This document shows positions 27,392-42,227 of a stretch of DNA of 64,000 nucleotides, piece by piece. The DNA comes from Chrysomallon squamiferum (lineage: Eukaryota > Animalia > Mollusca), in assembly GCA_012295275.1 (NCBI GenBank), contig CM022671.1, positions 11,718,001-11,782,000 on the forward strand, in the 5' to 3' direction. The stretch's first letter is position 1. Each line of letters opens with the position of its first letter. The notes under the pieces were generated by a model. The model made no database searches. It saw nothing but the letters and a program-made list of their open reading frames with translations, and was not told where the DNA came from. A program made the position numbers and the translations under genes.

Positions 27392-28720
27392 AGAAATATA
27401 TAAATTAAAAATTCTAGAGCCTTATATTTAAAACAGAATTCAAAGAGTACAGCTGTGGAATAGCCAAGAGATGCAGAGAGATGCAACTCATTGTTTCTGC
27501 AGTGCATCGCAGTCTAGCACGATATTCCAGCGATACCCTTACAAGTAGTTTACTTTTCTTTTTACTGCATTATGCAGCAGTAGCCGTAAATAAATAAATA
27601 AATAAACAAGCATTAAAAATACATTATTTTTTTAACTGGCCCTCTACAATACAATATAAAACTTTATTGAAAACATTAAAAGCAACATATAGGCTAATTT
27701 TGATTACCTAAGATACATATATAACATTATGACGGTAAACCGTTTTTGTCGCTTCACGCAGTAGGGCCCTTAACCATACCCTAATAGGGCCTCGTCCAAG
27801 CTGTGGAAAGTTTTCTCTGCGATATTTAGATACTGTTTTCTGTGTTTCTTTAACATAGTAAATTGGTCCTAACTTATTTACTAAACCACAGATTTCAGTT
27901 TAGGTTGTACCTACTTGTAGAATTCGCTGGTAGCAATTCTTTTTGCTTGTTATAATATTTTATATTGTTGTACTGTTAAGGTACAGTTTTTGAAAGTGTC
28001 GGTAAGATATTTAATATTTACCTAAATCGCTTACTTTAATATAGTTTAATATCTCGTAATTAACCTATATATATATATATACTTAAAGTAAGTAAATATG
28101 TTAACCATTCATTTCTACAAATATTCCTAACAGTATGTATTAATTAAATATCTACTGTTAGTTAACAGTAATCCAGTTACTGAAATCACCTAACAATTAA
28201 CAATCATTAGCGAGAGACAAAAGGAATTTTTGTCTGCTCCGCCCTGCTGACTTCATGGAAGTCCGCGACGTGTTTATTTAAGTAAAAGACAAAAGAGCCC
28301 AGACAACACATAGAGAGACCACAGAGAACAAATAAAAGACGCGGGTAGGAGTGAGGTGTTGACGGCCATTATTAGGCAATTATGTCAGTAACTATATTTT
28401 GCGTTATCTTTGTTTAAGCCGGAAGCAGGGACAAATGGTTATCCTGTTTCTGTATGCTCTGTTTGATTTGCTGATCAATTTGATGTATCCTGTATATGCT
28501 CCATAGAGAGTTTGAGTTATATCTTTATTTCTAACAAAACCTGTTAGGGAAAATTAAAAGAATTAAGAATTGTTGTATTTGAACTATTTCATTTAACGCC
28601 AGCTCCCACATCCTCTACCACTAAATAATAAGAATACACGTATAAAATAAATAATTATCTTTGTAATATAAATACTGTGTTTTGTTCACAGTGGATACTT
28701 GATATTATATTAGTTTATAT

Positions 28721-30012
28721 GGTGTCTTCCCATCTGGTAGAATTCCCAGTTCGTCTAATTCCCATTTCATAGAAAAAAAACTCGTCTACCGCAATACCTG
28801 ATTACCTCTGTATATAAAGAACTTGGCCTGGTTTCTTTCTAACATTCAGAGTCGGAGCGCATTGTTCCTAAATCGATTACGTAACATCAACCGAAAGCAG
28901 AATAAGCGTTCACTACTCATTTGTTGTAGATTTTTTACTTTTTCTTTATTTCATCATCTTATTCCTCCTCATTATCATCATCATATGTTACAGAGCATAT
29001 TTACGTTATGCACACATACATGTTCACATTGTGCACATATTATACAATATATGTGACATAGTATATTAACAGTATGTACACTAAAGATATTATGACCGGC
29101 AAATACTTTGGCTATGAATGAAAAAGTTTGTATGAAGGACCAAATCATTGGGAATACTTTTAGATGAATACTTTCTTTTTTAATTATTTACATTCACTAC
29201 ATTCGATACATAGATTATTTTGATATTTGTCATATTTGCATACTTTATACGATAAGTGATATCCATACTACAATAATACCTCAGATTAAAGATGTAGTTG
29301 GTTCCAAATTTCCGATAGTTAAGTGAGGTAAGCGGGAGACTAATTTACATAGAATTAAGGTTAAAAGCAGTGGTTACTTTCTCGCTGATGAAATTTCACA
29401 TAAAAAAAGATGAAATAATTAATAAGGACAAATAAAACGGGAGTTTAAACATAACTGATTTAATAGATTATAGATATTAAGTAAACAGTAAATCATTTAC
29501 AAATCAATTTATAAAATACATTAATAAATAATTATATGCCGCTCATTGTGGGTTCATTTTTGTGGGTTTGGTTTCATTTAAGATAAAGTATTTTGTTTTT
29601 AAAGTTATTGTCTTCCGTTTCTTTTATCATCAGCTTCCGCCGGTATACTGTTGATCGTTTTGACATATTGGAAGGGTAAATTACAAACGAGTTTAAGTCT
29701 AAATCGAAGCAGAAGAGAAAAGAGAATCAGAATATCAGATGCACGTATGACGTGTCAACTGATCAACACAGCTGAGAGAAGCTCGTGAATGAACGAAAAA
29801 CGAACGAAAACGGACTTGTATCCATTTGTATAATTTATTTCGAGCAATTAACTATTAAATTTATAAGAAAAAAGATCATTAAGCGAGATATTACTGTATT
29901 TATACAATAATAATCGCTTTCCAAATAATCTGGAACGGTTCATTATAATGACTGAGGTAAAGACATCATGTCAATAAGACAAACTGGGAGGTGTACCAGA
30001 TGGGAGTAAGCC
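28721..30012. mobile_element. Non-autonomous TIR DNA transposon, 1292 bp, with an 8-bp target-site duplication
   Basis: GTTTATAT at 28713-28720 and 30013-30020. Left end GGTGTCTTCCCATCTGGTAGAATTCCCAGTTCGTCT; reverse complement of right end GGCTTACTCCCATCTGGTACACCTCCCAGTTTGTCT. Confidence 0.8.
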
Positions 30013-31240
30013 GTTTATATATGTAGTATGCAAATATATGTACGTATCATCGTCACAGTTTTTTAATGGCACAGTCACAGGCTCCACCAAAGGCCCAAAC
30101 CCAAGACAAGAAACGAGTCAAATTTTAATAGGGTCGTTAGAACTTGAAAGCTAACACCTCTTATGCGTTGGGCCCCGTGACAAAAAACACAGATGAATTT
30201 CACATACATGATACACGACCGCAATGTAAAATCGTTGATCCTTACGTATTTTCTATTCATTAATATTAAAAAACAGCAAAAAGACGATCATCTGTATGAA
30301 GTGTCATGATAACATAAGAAAATCCGTATTGTTATAAATTATTCTATACCTAGCTATAATATTTTTTTCTGAATATTTTCATCTTTTGCCTCTAAATGTC
30401 TGTTTCAGGCATTTATTTCTTCATCATTAATTTAAAAGATTAAAATAAATATAGACAAACAAATATAAAATTAAGTTAATTCTTGACGTATTTCAATAAA
30501 ATGTAACTTATTTTTAGTGCCTGTATGAATGGCTTTTTGTTCATATCACCAAATGTATAACATGATCCGTTTAGCGTTGTGTCATCCACTTTGTCCCTTT
30601 TCTTCTCCAGTAGATGCTGAAAATAAATATAGAAAAAAGATTAACGCCTAATAAGGCTAATTTTTTCTTCTAATATTTCTCTCTCCCCCGCCGCTATTAT
30701 CTGAACTCATTTCCCAGCTAAATGTAATAAAACGGACTACTCTGTTTACGACACTGGGGATCTGATGTGAAATGCAGACAGAAAATGGACGCTAATTAAG
30801 TAACTGTTCTGAACGATTACTATAAATACGTTCACAAGATTTATGAAGTGTCGTCGTCTGGGTTTCTGGGATTTTTTTATTTTATTTCTTTACTTTCGTC
30901 ATCCTAATTTATTTTATTACCAAAATTTGAATTTAGTTCGCCTTCATTTTTTTATTTTTTTATTTTTTCTCTTGCCTGAATTTATGTATGTGATATGACG
31001 GTTTTAAAATTGGTCACCGGATATCAAATACGAATCATAAAATGGCCTCACTGACCTCTGGATACAGTATGTGGGCTTTTCAAGCCGTAACAGCAGAAAT
31101 CTAAAATTAGTGATGACTTGTTGTTGTTGATGTTCTTCTTCTTCTTAATATTATGTTGATGTGGATGGGTTGCTGTTGTTTCAATACTTATGTTTATCTA
31201 GAGAATGAATGTGTAGTTTTGGATCTTATTTTTGTTAATT

Positions 31241-31271
<31 letters not shown>

Positions 31272-33837
31272 TTGTTACTGAAATTATATCTAGATAACCT
31301 AGATTCTGATTTTGAAACACTACTTTAGTACACGTTTAGAAAACGTTAGCTTTTTGGATATTTTTACGATTCTGGAAATATTGTTACTACATGGATGTAG
31401 AGTTTGAGTTGTAACCTTAAACGTTGGTACGGTTACCTCTTGTATCTTAGGTTTCATTTTGTATTTTTCACACATTTAACGTAAGGTCAACGTATACTTT
31501 AAATGCAGTGTAACAGATAACTGCATTTGTTTTGATCATCGCTTCAAGACCTCAAAAAACCCTTTTGAATTATCACAACATATTTTCTGACATTAAGTTC
31601 AGGAGTTTCTTAAATTTGTGTTAGCTAATGGAACAGGAATACGCGCAATTTTCAATGTAATAATGAACTGGTGAACTTGTGATTTTCTTGTTATTACTGG
31701 GACAGCCTACAGTGTTGGCTTGTAGCCATATTTTTTTTAAATTGAAGTCGAAATGCATGTTGCGCTTTTTAGGTGACACTCAAAATGTGAGCTAATTGTC
31801 TATATAGCTATCAAATTATTATATTAATTAAGATAAATAGGGACGATGAGGATGATTATTACTGCTGTTGTTGTAGTTGAAGAAAATAATATTCAGTAAG
31901 TTCAAAGAGAAAAGCTCCAAATACATTTTTGAATACGTAACTCTTTTTTTAACTTTAAAAACTTTTAAATGTCAACAAGCGGAACGAAATATATTATCAA
32001 TAAATAAATTCTAAAAGATTTTAAAATTTTTTTAAAATTCCCAACAAAAAAATAAATCACAATGAAATAGGAAAAAATTAAAGTAAAAGAAAAGTAGAAG
32101 AAAAAACAATATTAATATAAAAATAGAGTGAATTTTTCATTGAGAACATCCACACTGGAACATCCATGCTGTAAACTGTGTCTTGGGGACATTGATGATG
32201 TCTTCTTGAATTGATTCGAGACTCAGTGACTCAGCCAACATGGCAGACTACTCTGACATTTAAAGCAACCATTTTTATTGATCCACAACAAAAAAGTAAA
32301 AATCTAAAAAAAAAAAAAAAAAAAATACAAGATAAGAAAAAAAAAATTCTGGTTTACTCAGAAAATGATTCTTTCAGATTAGGCATACGTCTCAAGTATT
32401 GATCAGTTTGTTGTAAGTTCATTATAGAAATTTAAACATTTATTATCTCGCTCAACTTGAACCAGCCAACCTTGAAATTCTGGTCAGTGATTTCGTACGT
32501 CGTATGACACAGTTTGCATTGTTTATTAACATAGAGCATGTTCCTGTACCGTTTTACTGAATGGTACTTTCTCCATAATTCAGCTTCTTCTTTTTAAATA
32601 AATTTTAAAACTCATCTTTCATGTGTTAACTTATTTATCTTCTTTTTGGTTTTCTCAGTATTTTCCTTACTAACCAGCTCCCATATATCGTGACGCGTAC
32701 TTTCACTCAGCAGCTAGGTCGACTGTTGTAAAACAGCAGTTTTTGACGTGTCTCCATACAAAGGTATAAACAGCAGGCGGATTTTTTATACAACACAAGT
32801 AGAACTGGAATACGCTTCAAATAGTATTTTTAAATAATTTCATTTCAGTACAGTCTGATTAGTAAGACAATAATATAAAGAGATATATAGCTATGAAAAA
32901 GCATATACATTTTCTTATACTTATAGTCATCCAGACTCAAACTAAGACACATATATTTACATACACCAACAGAAAAATATACATTCAAACATGCTCACAT
33001 AATCACGCATCACACACACAAACACACATGCACAGTTATCCAAATTAAAGTAAAGGTATTCAAACACCATTATTAATAGTGAATCAATCAGCATTTGTAG
33101 TCGTCTTTAAAATCATAAAACTAAAAGAAAACAAAGCAACAGCGAATCTGGTTACCTACGTTGTTCATAATACAAACTTTTATCCAAGACACATTCAGAA
33201 ATAACAGAAAATAAAGAAGAACGTTATTAGAACTCTCTCAAGCTGAACTTAAATTTGACAGACTGAGATGACATAAAATTGCTGCTGTCAATTTTTGAAT
33301 TCTTCTCATAGAGATTTACAGAAAATAGGGTCCTTTTTCAGAATATATGTCGATCAGAAATGTTAAAATGTCTATTCGTTGTTAAAACAAAACTTGTTAT
33401 TTTTAAAATTATATTGGTTGCTTCGTTAACATGGCAGTTACAGTTTTGCCAATTTATATTTCCAGTGTAGCGAAATCACACTGATTTTAATAATGCTCTT
33501 GACAAATATATTAAAATAAATAAATAAGTAAATAAATAAATAAGTAAATAAATAAATAAATGTGTGTATGAATGTGTACATATCTATGCATATATTTCTT
33601 TTCTTCTTGTATTTCCTTATCGAATAACATTGGGTTGATTACAGCTCAGTACTCCTGTAAACGCGACAGTTGTAACAAACGATCTGTTAGATTCATGCTT
33701 CCTTATCAGGTAATACATACACTGCACAGCCAGTTACCTTAACGTTGGTTACATAACTCGATAATGACATTCGTATCATGAAATAATATTGATCATTTCG
33801 TATGTTAATATAATTTGTGTATTAGTATTAATATGTG

Positions 33838-33981
<144 letters not shown>

Positions 33982-34061
33982 CTTTTTGGCCATAATAAAA
34001 GGTTCATGTAAATACAGATAAAAACAAAAACAAAAAAACTCAAAACTGTATTTTTTGTAAC

Positions 34062-34103
<42 letters not shown>

Positions 34104-34737
34104 AATAAATAAATAAATAAATATGTAGCTAAACATATACTTCTTGCATTTATCAAAATACCAAACAGCAAAAAATAAAAAATAAATAGCTATGACTACA
34201 ATATTACAACATCAACCCGTGCCATATCTAAGAATTCATGAATTGGCCCCACAAGGTAAACCATTTCACGTTATTTCTCTTAGTCACCAACTCATTCAGT
34301 AGGGTCGTTCTTGCAACGTCGTCGACTTCACTTCATTTACATAACCGTCAGAAAGAGCTCGTGTAGATGTTGGCTAACGGTGAACTGTTATTTTACGGCC
34401 AGTAAAATCATTTCAGATCGTTAATATAAGTACTTAGCTTAAGTACACGTGTCCGCGAAATGACCTGAGTTGGGCAGGTTCAATCAATATAAGTATAGAA
34501 GAAAAACAAAACTGGCAGCGAACATACTCTCGGTGGTATACTGAGCTTATTAAACACAAAGTGACGTGGCTTTCTTTGAAAGAATTATGTACAGTGAGAA
34601 AGTACACGACTCGGTTGTCAGTAGTTCGTTTCAGGTCCTGTCAGATCCACTGCTAGCTAAGTTATTTAAATTACAGAATGACATTTTGAAAGAAGATACA
34701 CATATCCGTCTATCTATATGTCCATTCATACATACAT

Positions 34738-34790
<53 letters not shown>

Positions 34791-35426
34791 AATACACATA
34801 TACTACCTACCTACCTATATATGTATTAGATAAGCATGTCTGCGAATTTAAAAATACGTGGGGCAAAAAAAAAAAAAAAAAAAGAAAAAAAAACGGAAAG
34901 AGAAAATCTGGATCGAATAGGATTGGAAAATGCAGTATCTTTTAGCTAGCGTGTGTCTAATTACAATATGGATAAAATGCTGCTGGAGGATTTTTCTACA
35001 TAGATTGTACCTTTGGGCTAAAATTGGACACGTTCGTGTTGAGATCGATCGAAAGTATTTGCCACAAAGCATCATTATTTTCAGTAATGATGATACAATT
35101 ATTTTTATTCTGAACTAAACTCAAACACGGTGTCCAACTTACGTACAAGAATTACGTCATGTTTTCTGTTCTGGTTAGGGATTAGAAAACGTGCTGAGCA
35201 TGCAAGGCAATGCAGACAGTCTATTTAGTTTGAGATGAACAAGAGTTACGTTTTACAGAACAATGTAAATTTGTTGGGTTCTTGCAATACACGTATTTTG
35301 CGACCTACACAGAATAAAATCATAGAAACAGAATTATATCCCATTTTATCTGTCCGTTACTGAGCAAGATATTGTCAACACAACTTTCATCATATTTAAT
35401 GATTTTGTAAGCATTATTATTATCAC

Positions 35427-35464
<38 letters not shown>

Positions 35465-36208
35465 GTGTTGATATTGCTGTTGCATTTATTGTTGTGGCTG
35501 ATTTTTCTTTACATCGTTAGTGTCGCCTTCGTCGTCGTTCATCATCATCATCATCATTACTGTTGTTTTTGTTGTTTAGTTAGCTAAACATGTTTTTTGC
35601 TTTGTTATAACACCTTAATTTGTATCTGTATTTTACAGAAAGTAATAAAGTGTGAATGCAGTATTCATTTCCACGTCTTACATAAAATGGTGTCGTTTTT
35701 CTTCTGCTCAGTAACTGCCGAGAACAGCAGATGTTTACATCAATCGTCTGTGACCTGCAGAAATATGTATCACCGGCTGATTAATGAAAATGAGAAGTTT
35801 TACTAGGTAATACATGCTTTTAATTTTTCAAGCCAGTTTACGGTCTGCTTCAGTGTCATATGTATTCATGCGTGACTGAACATGTTAAATGTGTGATTTA
35901 CATACATGGACTAGTAACTAGGTTAACTATACTTCAGAAAATTATCTACCTACTTATAAAACAGCAGGGAAGGACCCTGTTCTTTTCAGAAGTGTTATTT
36001 TTGATTTTTAATAAACCATATAGAATATGAATATCATCTTATTTTGAAATGCCCTTTATACAGTAATGTACTAATTTCCAGAAATATTACTGGAGCAAGC
36101 CATTCGTGTTTCAAATAGAACAACAGTTATTTATTCAGAATAGAAACGAAATTCTTAATCTAGAGAATCTTTTGAAAATGTGTTGTACATTTATTCTCAA
36201 CATACTTA

Positions 36209-36254
<46 letters not shown>

Positions 36255-39200
36255 CTAAATACACAAATGTAAAGTGGCAAATGTCATTAATTTATGTATG
36301 AAATGTATACCTATAAGCTGAAAGATATAAAGTTAATAAAGTAAATATTTTATTTTGTGTATGTCTTGTGACAGATGTTGATAATGTTTCCCAGTGAATT
36401 AGTTGTTAATGATATAGTAGAAAAGGTTGCAGTAATCTATCTTTTATTTCCGTTTTTAGTTTTATTTCTTTAAAAAAAAAAAAATACTTTTAGTTACTTT
36501 AATATTATTGTTGTTGTTGTTGCTATTGTTGTTGTTGTTCTTATTGTACGACATAACTTCACAAGAAAACAAAATCGTAACTTAAACCATCCATGTCACA
36601 TTTTATTGTTAGCGAAAGTTGTTATTGTTAGTACAAATAAAACAGTTGCTTGTATACATACATAATCTAATTTCATTGTTTACTTCTGAAGCATAAAGTA
36701 CACTTTAAACAAATATAAGTTAGTTTTAAATTAATTCCAGCGGTCAGACTTTCATTCGCCTAAAAAGAACTTAACAACATTATAAGACAAATTGTTTACA
36801 TATTTGCGCAGCACGCTGAAATGTTTTAACTGGTGGCATTTAATTAAATCTCTTACCAGGCATCTGTACTTTCTTTGCACTAAATGTACGCTTTGTAATG
36901 CTTCTGTGTTTAGTTTACTACGTTCGAGTCTCTAAGGCGGGATGACTTTATATAAGTTGACGACAACTACAACCACGACAAAAATAAATAAATAAATAAA
37001 TAATTACAAAAAAAAAAATAATAATAATAATAATAATAGTAACTGGTCATAAATAATTATTAGTTATACGATTATATCAGCTCATTTCAATAACGATCAT
37101 TTCTAATATTTTGTTTTTGTTACCGTTGTAATAATCAAATGATGATAGAAAATACTCTGTTATATTTTATTTTATTGCTAATATTATTTCTTTCGTTGTA
37201 TTTATTTATTTATTTATTGTTAGATATTGTTATTGTCTGTATGTGAGACAATGAACATTATTTTGTCCTCGACAAACCAGGGGAGATAACAACAACGATA
37301 AAAGAATAACGTCATGGGAAATAGTCTTCATGATATTTCAGACAGCTTCTAAGGGAAATAATTATCGTTTTTCGTCATTTCCAAACAAACACACAAATAC
37401 TCAAAATAAATAACAAAATAACAAGAGCAACAACAACAAATAAAAGACTTTGAAAAGTCTTGATAAAAGATATCATAATTCAGAAAAAAAGTGTATCTTC
37501 CATATGCATCAGTATTAAATGTTGTGAAAGGACATTCACAGGGATACCTTCCTCCTCAGCTTGAATGGAGGCCTTCTAGGACATTATTATGCATTTCACC
37601 AGAGATATAACATAAATGGCTTTTAGTTCAGTTTTTTCTCTCTTTTAGATATGTCATTAATTAGTGGTTTTCTTCAGAAAATAGTTGTTTTGTGTGGGGA
37701 GGAGGAACTAATTTTAGTCAGTTACACATTTTTGTGCCTCACTTCTTTGTATGGATGTCGGTAGCCTGGGGATTATTAACTCACAGTCATGTAATATATT
37801 TATTTACCTGACTACAAACATGCAATGAAAAACTATAGTAAATTACCCTTTGTACTTTGATTGCTTTATGTTGCTTTATGCGATCTAAAATTATAGGACA
37901 ACATATTCGCAGTTCTAAATTTATAAACTCATGTAACTGGTATTAACTCTTCAGAAAACAGATTGAATATAAATATAAACTACGTACATATACGATTCCA
38001 GTTTCATACGACGCTGATATGTAAACAAAAACAAAACAACTTTTAGAGTAAACACAAAAATAACAACAACAAAAAAATTAATCACGTACTGTTTATCCCT
38101 GTTTGTGTTTGGCCCATGAAGGTGGATTTTTATCATGAATGTACATCAGTCGGTGAAACTGTACAGGAACAAAGTAAATATATTATTATTCATATTATTC
38201 ATATTCATATTCATATTATTATTACTATCAATTTTATTGATTTTTTTTTTTTTTTTTTTTTTTTTCATTTTCATATATATCCGTATGTTTACCGAATGGA
38301 TCTACATCCATTTCTTCGATATTTCTGTCATCTACTACTTCCATCTCAATGAGTTCTTCGAATCTAATTCTGAAAGAATAAATTTAAAACTATTTATACT
38401 TCAAAAACAATATTTATATCATTTATAGCCTGTATTAAAGTTTTACGTTATTATCTGTGGATTTTCTTCCAGCATATTCCATGATTCTAGAGAGACTCTT
38501 CACCCCCAGAGATGCGCTGTTGCCGACTCTAGTAATAACAATTATTATTAATAGATCCATTATTTATTTTGTCTTATTTTTTACTTTTACCAGATATCTT
38601 TTTATCTGAAATATATTGATTTTATGTCTATCATAATTTTACCCGCTCCAGAAATTTCTTATTTATTATTTTATTATTCGTTAATATAAATATATAGAAA
38701 TTAATTTATCTATGGTAAATAATCTACCTCTAGAAGATTTCACTAAGACAGAAATTAAACTTATATAAAAGAAACTGCAACACATGAGTCAATGATTATA
38801 TTTCAACATGTATAATTCACGAAAATTCTTTCAACTACTGTTTCTATATACGTACAGTTTTGATGACGTCATAAAAGAAAGGTGAAGGTGAAGGAGGCCG
38901 AAGTCATTAACGTTAAACATCGGAGCTTTCCGAATTGTTTCGCCTAAACCAGAAAAGATGAAACTCGTTCTCTAATCACTAATATTAAGTGAAGTGCACA
39001 TATATTTCATAAACAATTAATAATATTATTTCTTTCTTTCTAAAATTTATATATTTTTCTGAATGTGTTGTATTTTTTTTTTCCTTTATAAATTAATTTG
39101 ATGCCTTAGTATTAATAAAATATGAAATTTAATTTCGCGGCATAATGGTACTGTGTATACAAGCAGGCTATTCATTGTTCGATCAAATAAAATCAATTTC

Positions 39201-41910
39201 TGTGTTATTTACTTACATTCGTTAGAGTAAATTTAGTGCTTTTATTGTTAATATTATTTATTTATTTATATCTCGTATTTTAATAGGTTACAATTTATGT
39301 TTGTGTTTGACAGATTTTTGTATGTCCTGTAATGGTTGAATAGACCAAAACTGATTTCAAATAGACGTATACTAATAAATATTTTAACAAACTGGTTACA
39401 AAGACTATGATTCAGCTTTTAAAGTATTTTCGAATGTTGAGATGATAATAAAAAATATCTATATAATTATAGTAATTTTATGTCTGATAATTCAGTTTCT
39501 GTTTGTGTTTGTGTGAGTAAGAGAGAGAGAGAGAGAGAGAGAGAGATGTGGTGGATGCATGAAAGTAATAGATAAACACTAACTTAAAACTGAAGTTAAT
39601 TTTTACTCCGTGTGGAAAGGTCTTCAATCTCTCTCTACAGCAAATATTTTTATATTGTTACTGCTGCTGCTGTCACTTTTTTGGGGGTGGGTGGGGGGGA
39701 CTGCTTTTGTTGTTGTTGTCTCTGCCAATAATTAGAAGGATCTGTGTGTTATTGCTGACGATCCTACAGCTCTATCTGCTTATACATTTACCAGTCTTTT
39801 AAATGTTACAAAATCTTCAGTTATATTAAATATTGCACATTTTGCAATATAAAGCTGCCGATTCTGCATGATGTAAAATAATATTACAGATTTCAATTGA
39901 AACAGACCTTCATCTTGAGAGGTGTCTTTAATCATCCCTGCTTTTGTAATAACTTTTTTTTTTTCAATGTATTTTATTATTAAATCAGTTCGGTCCAGGG
40001 AGACTAATCCATGCTTCTTTGACATGTTTAATCTGATTTCAGGTTAATCAATTTAGATTCCTACAAGTTGGTCACAATCATTGACAAAACAAAATGATTA
40101 TTTATATTCACTGTCAATTTTGATTTTATTTAAAAAAATAATAATAAAATAAAAAATACTGAAAGAATATATTGCATATATTTTTTAATTTTTTTTTTTT
40201 TTTTTTTTGACAGAAAATACTTTTTTTTTTAAATGTTGAGATATCTAGATCACATTAATGATAATGTTTTGAACCAGATGTATTTCTCTACAGGTTCACA
40301 TTACATTGAGTTTGATGTTGTGATACAATATAATTTACTATTGATAGTTTTCAGTGATGATCTGATAACAATTTTGTAACATTTAGCAAAAACCTCACTG
40401 CAGCTAACCAACATGTACTTTCATATATTGATATATTTTTCAAACACTGCCTTAATATTCATGAAACTGGTATCCAATATTAGTTTATATATATATATAT
40501 ATATATAGGTCAAGAAGAAAAACAGGTCTATAAATAACAAATACAAATAACATAATAATGAAAACATAATTTTGTTCTTGTACAAGAACATGAATTTAAA
40601 AAAAAGACTTTTATAATTATTTTTATAAATGCCATTAACCTATTTAAGATAAAAAAATCATCAGATTTTCCATGACATTAATAACAATAATTCAACAGCA
40701 AAAAGATTACAATTAACTGGTAATATATCAGTAGCACAGACTATAACTGTTTAAAGTTATTAGCTAGTCATTAATCTGTGATGACAGTTGGAAAGATGGC
40801 ATACAGCCTTTATAACTATTTGCTTTAACACAGTGAAATCAAAACAGCCAAACAGAAAATACAAAATTAAAACATTTTATTCAGTCTTAACACTTTTCAT
40901 AACATATATTAAGTACAGATTTATAAACATGTATATAGATATGTGAAAAATTTCTAAAACCAAAACTAAAACCAAATTCTGACTGTAACAAAAAACAACA
41001 AATTGCACATTAATAACAACTAATGACTGATACCATCGTAACAAAATTCAGTAACAAAAATCTCTCACAAAATGTTTTCTATTTAAAATAACTTGTAGTA
41101 ATAATAACTGTTATACTTAATGATGTGAACAGAGTTTTTGAATTTCTTGAATTTATAAATGTAGACGTCCTCTACAAGAATTTTGATGTTATTTTCTTAT
41201 GTAAAACAAAATACATACTGTACAATTTCAAAAACTGAAGGAACATTTTTCAAAACTTTAAGTTGCATCTTTCCAAAAAATGTATACCCTTTGCAACCCT
41301 AGAAGTTAAAAAATAAATAATAAATGAATCACAATTTTCATTCATTGAAGATATAATGAAATAAGATTATACTAAAAAGTAGCAACTAGTTTGAGCCATT
41401 CTTTTTGCCTGAAGATTTCAAAATGTAAAAATATTCTTTAACAACATACAAATCCTGAATATGATTTATTATTAGCTATGTATGTCAAACATTTATTTGC
41501 AGACTTCATTTGTTTTTTTGCAATGTTATCAAGAGATATAACCATGAAAAGAAAACTCATATCTTTCTGAAATGAGAAATTTGTGATTTCATCAGGACTG
41601 ATTCACCAGTGATCCCTACCTCATGTCAGATCTAAAATAACAGTAATTATTAAAATATAAACGTATATCACTAAACAAATACCCATCCATTCACCCCATC
41701 AGCAGAAATATAAATCAAATTAAAATGTAAAAAATCAACAATTCTCTATTTTCAGCTGATTATAACTCATGTGCATGACAGAGCCAAAACAAAAGTATGA
41801 TTCAGCAAACTAATTAACATAAAAAGAAACAAGACAATACAACAAATAAATATTCTTTAGCCACAGCACCATACAGATAGACAGATAGATATATAAAACA
41901 ATGAAAACGT

Positions 41911-42227
41911 TCATGTGCGTTCCCGGGCCAGTGTGGCTACAATAACCTTGTTTTGTAAAGCTGGAGGTAGCTGTGTTGCAGTGAAAGACTTGATGTACTC
42001 ACTTGAGTACTTGTCAGAAAAATGCATCAACACAATATATTCAACATCACTGAAGAGATGAGCATTCTCAATTATCTCAAACAAGTGTATGTGTCCTCTA
42101 TCCCGGGCCTTCTTCACCATCTCCTTGCCTGGTTCATCATCAATGTACGTTGCTTCAGTAATCAAAACTTTAACTTTCAGTAGGTCAGGGTTGGGTGGAT
42201 TCAGAAAAATATCAAATTTGGTGTCAC
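41911..42227 (-). CDS. tRNase Z exon 4 (terminal)
   Basis: ttaaag|GT GAC ACC = (G)DTKFDIFLNPPNPDLLKVKVLITEATY...GHIH...MHFSDKY...RERT*. Confidence 0.92.
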
